Assembly (NCBI GenBank): GCA_964637135.1
Contig: CAZWTX010000001.1
Span: forward strand, 1-64,000
Source of the DNA: an uncultured Methanospirillum sp.
GTDB taxonomy: Archaea > Halobacteriota > Methanomicrobia > Methanomicrobiales > Methanospirillaceae
Direction of reading: 5' to 3'
Length of the DNA stretch: 64,000 bases
Position 1 is the first letter of the stretch; each line of letters begins with the position of its first letter. The position numbers and the translations under genes were made by a program. The notes beneath the pieces are model-generated. The model was not told where the DNA came from. It saw nothing but the letters and a program-made list of their open reading frames with translations, and searched no databases. Positions 57,419-64,000 of this stretch are shown in pieces.

Positions 57419-58584
57419 GAAACCTCGCTCCGCATCGCTTCCATCGGAGACTGTCGTGCCGACCGGATGGCCGGGTAGATACTGCAGATCAGACCGAGCA
57501 CGACTGAGAGCCCGATACACGAGAAGGCCATCATCGGATTGGCTGCAATAAGGCTTCCGGCCGGGGCATAGGGGACATTTGCCCTGATGAAGGCCTCGAT
57601 GATCCCTGACCCGATGAGAGCAGCTATCACTCCGGCTATCCCGCCGGCGAGGGTGACGATAATCGTCTCGGTCACCACCATCCGGGCGATATCTCCTGAA
57701 GATGCCCCGATAGCCCGGAGCATCCCGAACTCACGGGTTCGCTCGTGGACGGACATCAGGAGGGTATTACTTATCCCGACCGCGGTGATGACGAGGGAAA
57801 CCGCGATGAGGGAGAACAGGAGGGTCCGTGCTGAACCGACGATGTTCATGATCGTCCCGGTTATCTGGGACATCGTGACGACCTGGACATCAGGGATCTC
57901 CTCGATCGTATCTGCCAGTTCTCCCGATTTTTCAATGGAATCGGCCCGGATCATGATCGTCGTGATCTTCCCCTCCTTGCCGAAAATCCGCTGTGCCTCG
58001 CTGATCGAGGTAAAGTGGAACTCATCATCCTGTCCGCCGGTGGGATTCAGTATCCCGACGATCTCGAAAGGTTCCTTCTTCGCTCCGAAGGGAAGCATCT
58101 GGCCGACCTTGAGACCTTCCCGGTCGGCGATCGACCGGCCGACGACCATGACCTTCTGTTCGTCATCAGTGAAGAACCGTCCCTCGACCGACCACTGTGG
58201 CCTGAGTTCCTGCATCTTCGAGCTCTCGATCCCGTAGACGATATGCGGTGATCCGTTCACCATGAACTGGTGCAGGAGAACCGGAGAGGCTATAGCAACC
58301 CCCGGGATCTGCTGGATAGATGCAAGATCAGTCATATTCAGGTACTTCGGAAAGACCCCGCCATGCATGATGAGGCTCGCTGCCTCATACGGGCAGCCCT
58401 TGGGGACTGCGAGCATGTGAATGCCGAGACTATCAACTTCCCTGGTGAGTTCTGCTTCATACCCTGCCTGGAATGCAAGCAGGGAGAAGAGGACCGCTAC
58501 GGCGATGGCTACTCCGGCCACGGTGAGGATGGTCCGGATCTTTCTCCGTTTCAGGTTCCTGACCGCGAGGGTTGGGATATTCAT
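57415..58584 (-). CDS. ABC transporter permease (MacB/FtsX family)
   Basis: RNLKRRKIRTILT, SVHERTREFGMLRAIGA, SPMEAMR; VPKGCPYEA motif. Confidence 0.92.
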   Translation of the reverse strand: MNIPTLAVRNLKRRKIRTILTVAGVAIAVAVLFSLLAFQAGYEAELTREVDSLGIHMLAVPKGCPYEAASLIMHGGVFPKYLNMTDLASIQQIPGVAIASPVLLHQFMVNGSPHIVYGIESSKMQELRPQWSVEGRFFTDDEQKVMVVGRSIADREGLKVGQMLPFGAKKEPFEIVGILNPTGGQDDEFHFTSISEAQRIFGKEGKITTIMIRADSIEKSGELADTIEEIPDVQVVTMSQITGTIMNIVGSARTLLFSLIAVSLVITAVGISNTLLMSVHERTREFGMLRAIGASSGDIARMVVTETIIVTLAGGIAGVIAALIGSGIIEAFIRANVPYAPAGSLIAANPMMAFSCIGLSVVLGLICSIYPAIRSARQSPMEAMRSEVS

Positions 58585-58949
58585 GGATAGACAGTATCCC
58601 CGATCACGACCTGACTGCCGACCAGGTAGGTGTCATCCTTCTTCTGAACTTTCCCCGTGACCGTTGCTTCTTTTCCCATGGCCGGCGGGATGGTGAAGTT
58701 GTTCGGCCGGATATTTACGTAGATCTCGCCGGTATCATCTCCAATGATAAACCAGCATCCTGACCCGCACTCCGAGGAGATTGTCCCGGTGAAGGTCACG
58801 TTCTGGCCGGCGTAGGTATCCGGCTGTTCAAGGATCTCTCCGATGGTCACGTGTAATGGTTCTGAATCGTTCGAAATTTCCTCAGCAATGCATACGACAC
58901 TAAGCATGACCACAATAAGGAAGATAAAGAAATTACTGATTTTTTTCAT
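58581..58949 (-). CDS. Exported OB-fold protein with CxxxC motif
   Basis: Signal peptide; YAGQNVTFTGTI..ECGSGCWF..DDTGEIYV. Confidence 0.75.
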   Translation of the reverse strand: MKKISNFFIFLIVVMLSVVCIAEEISNDSEPLHVTIGEILEQPDTYAGQNVTFTGTISSECGSGCWFIIGDDTGEIYVNIRPNNFTIPPAMGKEATVTGKVQKKDDTYLVGSQVVIGDTVYP

Positions 58950-59166
58950 GAAACCCTCCCGTTTGTCTGCCTGACGGGGAGATAGAGCTCCTGGTACCAC
59001 GGGGCATAATCAGCTATCCGGAAGATATCCGGAAACAGATGTTGGTGCGTCCGCTTCAATACAGCATTGAACATTGAGAATACCAACATCAGGATAGCCC
59101 CGCGAATTCTTCTCATTAGGCTATTTTTTAGATATTGCCTGTAGGAACGTCGGGGTTCATACTATA

Positions 59167-59180
59167 TTAACAATTGTGAA
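59167..59180. promoter_or_regulatory. Operator-like site TTAACAATTGTGAA
   Basis: 13/14 match; lies between the divergent ABC operon and DUF1890. Confidence 0.7.
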
Positions 59181-59277
59181 GATTGATATCCTTCAGGAAC
59201 CTTATCTGATCAGTACGGGACTGAACAGGTACCGGCTGGAATCAGTTCTGTTACATTCTGCTCAACCAGGACAAAAT

Positions 59278-59751
59278 ATGTCAGAGCCAGGGAAAACAGC
59301 ACTATTGGTACTTGGATGCCCTGAAGTGCCCATCCAGATGGCCCTTGCCCTTTTTGCCGGATACCATCTGAAAGCAAAGGGGTACCAGGTAATTTCTGCA
59401 GGGAATCCGGCGGTGATGAAACTGATCAGGACCTCGGATCCGGCCGGTCACTACCTTGACCAGTTTACATCACTTGAACGATCTATCGAGGGGATCACCG
59501 GAGGACAAACCACCTACGATCTCTGTCTCTGTTTTGCACACAACGATTCAGGGATTGCATATGCGGCAACCTTCCGGTATCTCCTTCCGGAGACCCGGCT
59601 GGTGACGGTGGTCTTCGGTCGGGAGGCAGAGGATCTTGCCACGAGGATCGAGTACGAAGGTGAGGTCATTATCGAGAAGGCGGTGCATAATCCGATTCCA
59701 CTCCGGAGAAAACTTCAGGAGGTGATGGGATGGGCTGCATCGAAGACCTGA
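59278..59751 (+). CDS. DUF1890 family methanogen protein
   Basis: ALLVLGCPEVP, FAHNDSG, AVHNP. Confidence 0.8.
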   Translation: MSEPGKTALLVLGCPEVPIQMALALFAGYHLKAKGYQVISAGNPAVMKLIRTSDPAGHYLDQFTSLERSIEGITGGQTTYDLCLCFAHNDSGIAYAATFRYLLPETRLVTVVFGREAEDLATRIEYEGEVIIEKAVHNPIPLRRKLQEVMGWAASKT

Positions 59752-60029
59752 CCTATGATGTGATCGCAAAAAACCTGAGTTTTGCCGAATCCAGAAAACT
59801 CATAGAGAACCGGTGTGATGAAACCCACCAGATAGAACCGGGATCCAAGCTCTTCGGTGAACCGATCATCGGCCCGCCGCCGATTGTGATCGGGATCGAT
59901 GGTGACGCTGTTTTCTTCCCCTATGTGAAACCCTGCCATGGCACCTTCCTCCTGCGCATCAGCGATCCGGAGGAGGTCAGCCGGATTCGTGAAAAAGTTC
60001 GATCTAAGATCCTCTCAAAACGTAGATAA
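59730..60029 (+). CDS. DUF1894 family methanogen protein
   Basis: MGCIE..IIGPPPIVIG..FPYVKPCHGTF. Confidence 0.8.
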   Translation: MGCIEDLTYDVIAKNLSFAESRKLIENRCDETHQIEPGSKLFGEPIIGPPPIVIGIDGDAVFFPYVKPCHGTFLLRISDPEEVSRIREKVRSKILSKRR

Positions 60030-60119
60030 GATGTATCCGGGTAAATATAGCCGGTATCTATGCAATTAAACCGGGGAGAGATCTCCTGTACCTCCCTCTT
60101 TTTTTGCTCCCCGACTCAC

Positions 60120-60133
60120 TTCACAATCGTGAA
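60120..60133. promoter_or_regulatory. Operator-like site TTCACAATCGTGAA just upstream of a TATA-like box
   Basis: 13/14 match, followed by TTCATATA about 26 bp before ATG 60169. Confidence 0.72.
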
Positions 60134-60168
60134 CATTCATATAGGTATGAGACAGACATGTATTATAC

Positions 60169-60457
60169 ATGACAAGAAGGGATCGTTTTTGCCTCTACTG
60201 AGGCCGAAATTCAGTACACCAGAGTAATCGGGCATCTGCCACCATCGGCCAAACTGGTCTATCTGGCGCTCGAAAATGGAGAGCAACTGACTCAGAAAGA
60301 TCTCATTGGAAAGACCCGGCTCCCTCCACGGACAGTCCGGTACGCTATCCAGCGTCTGAAAGAGACTGAGATTGTCAGGGAGAGAATGAGTTACAAGGAC
60401 GCTCGTCAGAGTTTCTACATCTTAAATGAGGTGGTACCACTTTCACAGGCTGCCTGA
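60169..60457 (+). CDS. Archaeal MarR/TrmB-like wHTH regulator requiring a +1 frameshift (not in the ORF track)
   Basis: Frame 60173-60457 encodes LPPSAKLVYLALENGEQLTQKDLIGKTRLPPRTVRYAIQRLKE..DARQSFY with no in-frame ATG/GTG/TTG ahead of the domain; ATG 60169 opens MTRRDRFCLY* in the adjacent frame. Confidence 0.82.
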
Positions 60458-60781
60458 TTCCTTGGTCTCCCGGGTCTTTGACCCTTTTCTTTTTATCATC
60501 CTGCAAGCCCGAGAGTTACATTCACGATATCTTCACCGTTCTATTCATCGTATTCATCCAATCAATGAGTTTCAGACCTGACGGCCTCTTGATCGAAAAA
60601 CCCCCATCTGGTCTATCACTGTGATGAGTTTTCATCGAATCATCCCATGAACAGAAGATCAGGATTTTTATGTCAGTATTGCCGTGATGGACAGCGACGG
60701 ATTCAGGACGAATTCCCACGAACTGTATCGGCAAGGAAGTGACTTTGAAGGCTTGAAAAAAAAATAGGATTTTGGAATGAA

Positions 60782-62134
60782 TCAGAGCGGGCCGACAAAG
60801 GAACTGATCAGTTCTTCCATAAGGGAGAGTCCCCCCTCATATCCGGCAAGACTCCGGTTCAGGATGAGCCGGTTGTATGCCGGGAACGAGATCGTGACCG
60901 GGTTTGCCCCGAGGCCGAAGTCGGCAAGGGCGGTCGGTGCCTCAAGGGAACTGGCGAAGAGGAAGAGGGCTGATCGTCCTTTTAGATTCTCCTTGATCAG
61001 GTGTGAATCGCTCTCAAACCGGATCTCGGGAACCACCGGGGTTTCAAGACCGGTGGACAGTGCCCTGACGATATCGTCCCTGACCTCTTCAGGCGGGTTG
61101 TCCGTTACCTGGATAAGGTCCGGGAGGTACCCAAGTTCATTGATCAGGAACCTGCTCACGCCGATCGCGGTCCCTGAGTCTGCCACCACCGAGAAGTAGG
61201 CATGTGGTCTGACAAGGACAAGGGCATCTCCCCCGTACTCGATGAACCGGTATGCCCGCTGTTCTTCCTCTTTGATCACCGACTCTACCAGATCGGAGGG
61301 AACCTTGAAGTGTTTCCCGATGGTCCGGAGGAACGCTGCGGTCTGCTTGGGGCCGATCGGCACCGAGGGGAACGCAAGGTACGGCTGATCGAACTTCTCT
61401 TTCAGTTTCCCAGCGGTCTTGATCCCGTTCCAGGTCGAGAGAACGACGTTTAGCGATGCAGATGGGATCTGCTTGAGCTGGGCTGCTCCGTCAAACTCCG
61501 CGGCAAAGACCCTGGCCTTGACGCCGATCCGTGCCAGGAGCTGTTTGATTGCTCTTGTATCTCCTTTCCAGAAGATATGCTGATATGGCACGACTCCGAA
61601 GATGTTCACCGTCTTGTCTTCTTTCGGCAGGGGAACGAGAAGATCTTCGATGACGGCATCGAAGAAGAGCTCGTACCCGTCATAGGAGGTACCGTTGAAC
61701 CCCGAGGTCTTCACGTGGATGACATCTGCCGTGTCCTTAAACTCCCGGACGACTGCGTTGACATCATCGCCGATCAGGGACGGGACACAACCGGTGATCA
61801 CGGCATAGATATCCCCATCCATGACCTCGATTGTAGAACTGATCAGATGGCGGAGTTTGTCTTCTCCACCGAAGACCACATGATGCTCCACGAGTCCTGA
61901 ACAGGGGGAACTGGTTCCTCCCTGGGGACCTCCGGCATTCTGACCACCGGCATAGAGTTGTCCAAAGAGCTGTCCGATACCACAGCCGGCTCCTGAATGG
62001 AGGATCGGCACCACACCGAAGATGCCGACCGCGGTTGCATAGGCTCCACCAAGGGCACAACTATACCGCGGGGCCTCGATTGCTCCAAGACCATTTTCCG
62101 TGGATGGTGCTTCTGCTTCTATAGGGGGTGTCAT
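60782..62134 (-). CDS. Nitrogenase-like component 1 beta subunit (group IV, MarK-like)
   Basis: RYSCALGG, HSGAGC, VVFGGE, ITGC..IGDD (three P-cluster-type Cys). Confidence 0.88.
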   Translation of the reverse strand: MTPPIEAEAPSTENGLGAIEAPRYSCALGGAYATAVGIFGVVPILHSGAGCGIGQLFGQLYAGGQNAGGPQGGTSSPCSGLVEHHVVFGGEDKLRHLISSTIEVMDGDIYAVITGCVPSLIGDDVNAVVREFKDTADVIHVKTSGFNGTSYDGYELFFDAVIEDLLVPLPKEDKTVNIFGVVPYQHIFWKGDTRAIKQLLARIGVKARVFAAEFDGAAQLKQIPSASLNVVLSTWNGIKTAGKLKEKFDQPYLAFPSVPIGPKQTAAFLRTIGKHFKVPSDLVESVIKEEEQRAYRFIEYGGDALVLVRPHAYFSVVADSGTAIGVSRFLINELGYLPDLIQVTDNPPEEVRDDIVRALSTGLETPVVPEIRFESDSHLIKENLKGRSALFLFASSLEAPTALADFGLGANPVTISFPAYNRLILNRSLAGYEGGLSLMEELISSFVGPL

Positions 62135-63687
62135 TATTCTGCCTCTTTTATCAGGTAGTAGAGCGGGTCAGGCTGGGCATAGAACCACTCCTTGTAACTG
62201 TCGGCGGTCTTCTCCTTGAGAGTCTTCTGGAATGCCGAACTCTTCAGGGACTGGAGCAGGAAGTTACCGTAGGCGACTGCTCCCGTGTACCCGCTCTGGG
62301 TGCTCCACGGGTGCGGATCTCCTCTCAGTGCATGAATCCTGGTCATTCCCTTCTCACGCTTGTACGCTCCTCCCTGGAACGGGCAGGAGAGGGTCAGGTC
62401 GGGGTCAACCTTCCGAGTGATATGTGCCTGTTCGGCAGCCTGGAAGGTATTGATCAGGAGATCGAAGTCACCGATCCGTTTCACGAGATCCTCAAGCTCC
62501 TCAAGGATCAGGTTGTCATAGTCCTGGGACATGGCAGCCGGCGATGCGATCCCGAGTTCGTCGAAGTACGGGAGCTGGGCAAGGAGCCGCCCCTGTCCGA
62601 GGGATCCAAGAACCGAGAGTTTTCTCCCCTTTTCCTCGGCAATCCGGTCGAACTCTGCCCTGATGGCATGAAGTTTCGGCTTCCAGGTCGCATGCTCCTC
62701 GGTGATGAGGTTCTCAATCTCTACTTCCTTTCCAGTGTATTTTCCGATCTCACGAAGCCATCCGTCGGTGTTGGCAAATCCCATCGGGGACGGGTAGAGG
62801 AAGAACGGAACCCCGTGCTCCTGTTCAAGGCCGCGAGAGATATAGTCGGTATAGGTCGGGCAGAGCGGTGCCGTTACGGCAGCAGATGAGAGCTGCTGGA
62901 ACTGCTCGACGGTTGCAAACTCCGGAACCAGGTTTGCCCGGAGACCTACTTTTCCGAGCAGGCGCTGCACTTCCATCCGGTCCTGCCAGGTATAGGAGAG
63001 CATGCTCGCGACGTTGACCAGGTCGGGCTGTTTCTCCGTGGGCTTCTTGACCAGGTACTTCAGGATGGCATGCCAGAAGGCATCGTATCCGGTCTGGACA
63101 AGCCGGGATCTGACTCCCTCACAATGAACCGGAACCAGGGTTGATTTGATGTGGGGCTGCACATCGGCAACCACTCCTTCAATATCCTCCCCGATGATCC
63201 CGGTCGTACAGGAGGTCAGGATGAAGATTGCCTTCGGGTCATATCTCCGCTCGGCCTCAAGGATCGCCTTCTTGAGCTTGTCTCCGGCCCCGTAGACCAC
63301 GTCCTGCTCCCGCAGGTTGGTGGTCATCCAGTGCATTTCGTAATTGGCTGGTCTGCCAAACTCGACTGGAACCCCCCGGTAGAGTTCCCGGTATCCAAGG
63401 GCGGAAGAGGAACATCCAACCGGTGCATGGAAGATCGTTGCCGCATCACGGATGGTCGAGATCCGGACCGAGAGGTAGAAGTTGAGGGAACAGCCGGACG
63501 TCTGCTGAAATCCCCGTTCATGGTTCTTCAGGCAGCCGCCTTTGGCCTGCTCCACGAGCTCGCTTGCCTTTCCGTAGAAGATGTTGACTCCTCCGGCACG
63601 TTGCTCCCGGTTTGGACAGGTCGGCTGGGAAAGATCGATCTTGCGCTCGAAGTACTCCTTCTCCGCCTCTTCAGTATTTTTGTACAT
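62134..63687 (-). CDS. Nitrogenase-like component 1 alpha subunit (group IV, MarD-like)
   Basis: REQR, QTSGC, HAPVGC, TTNLREQDVVYG, TSCTTGIIGED, HCEG, PLCPT. Confidence 0.88.
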   Translation of the reverse strand: MYKNTEEAEKEYFERKIDLSQPTCPNREQRAGGVNIFYGKASELVEQAKGGCLKNHERGFQQTSGCSLNFYLSVRISTIRDAATIFHAPVGCSSSALGYRELYRGVPVEFGRPANYEMHWMTTNLREQDVVYGAGDKLKKAILEAERRYDPKAIFILTSCTTGIIGEDIEGVVADVQPHIKSTLVPVHCEGVRSRLVQTGYDAFWHAILKYLVKKPTEKQPDLVNVASMLSYTWQDRMEVQRLLGKVGLRANLVPEFATVEQFQQLSSAAVTAPLCPTYTDYISRGLEQEHGVPFFLYPSPMGFANTDGWLREIGKYTGKEVEIENLITEEHATWKPKLHAIRAEFDRIAEEKGRKLSVLGSLGQGRLLAQLPYFDELGIASPAAMSQDYDNLILEELEDLVKRIGDFDLLINTFQAAEQAHITRKVDPDLTLSCPFQGGAYKREKGMTRIHALRGDPHPWSTQSGYTGAVAYGNFLLQSLKSSAFQKTLKEKTADSYKEWFYAQPDPLYYLIKEAE

Positions 63688-63695
63688 GTTTGCTC

Positions 63696-64000
63696 CTATC
63701 TGGCCCTGACCGACTCGGCAGACCGGGCATTGCCCGGCTGCACGGTCAGTTCATTATCTGTCTTCGTCTCGAGCAGCCGGTCAGACCAGGACTCTGCCCA
63801 TGCCTTCAATTCATCAGCCTCGAGTGGTTTTGGTACATACCGCTCCTCATTGCCGAGAATGGTTCTCGCCAGGATCCGGTATTTCTCTGCCTGTTCGGAA
63901 TCAGGATCGTATTCTACCGCCGTCTGTCCACGCAGTTCGCTCCTCGTGATCGTGGGAGACCGCGGGATGTATCCGGCTATGGTGGTTGAGGTCTTTGCGG
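63696..64000 (-). CDS. NifH-like Fe protein (MarH-like), 3' part only
   Basis: Hand translation: ..GYIPRSPTITRSELRGQTAVEYDPDSEQAEKYRILA..PKPLEADELKAWAESWSDRLL..*; the start lies beyond the window. Confidence 0.85.
   Translation of the reverse strand, partial: AKTSTTIAGYIPRSPTITRSELRGQTAVEYDPDSEQAEKYRILARTILGNEERYVPKPLEADELKAWAESWSDRLLETKTDNELTVQPGNARSAESVRAR

Noticed and set aside
60522..60734. 70-aa minus-strand ORF downstream of the nifK-like gene
   Set aside because: TTG start and no recognisable motif; unsupported.
63612..63989. 125-aa plus-strand ORF in the track
   Set aside because: It is a shadow of the nifH-like and nifD-like genes on the minus strand.

Overview
Chromosomal window from a methanogenic archaeon. 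Methanomicrobiales, most like Methanospirillum, is my inference from gene content; the assembly is a draft with a 10-N gap at 29988-29997. Blocks: (1) 1-9.8 kb two-component signalling cluster; (2) 10-20 kb peptidase, ion transporters and ablAB osmolyte genes; (3) 21-25.6 kb PadR + DrrC/DrrA/DrrB-like resistance operon; (4) 27.7-38.5 kb and 51.8-64 kb, a large sulfur/cysteine locus (cysE-DUF59, two cysK, sufS, fdhD, nadA, SepCysS, metY, metX, tRNA-Cys + cysS, and a group IV nitrogenase-like HDK operon resembling methylthio-alkane reductase); (5) an arsenic/redox island at 38.5-49.5 kb that interrupts the sulfur locus. The most notable signals are not in the ORF track. A palindrome TTCACAATTGTGAA recurs in front of the sulfur genes. 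A hidden wHTH regulator gene (60169-60457) can be reached from its upstream ATG only by a +1 shift at UUU-UGC(Cys), a candidate cysteine-sensing programmed frameshift, although a one-base homopolymer error is not excluded. There is also a tRNA-Cys with A37 and apparent G73 next to cysS, and two decayed tRNA-Cys copies with an identical anticodon arm. All product calls come from motif recognition by eye, not database searches.
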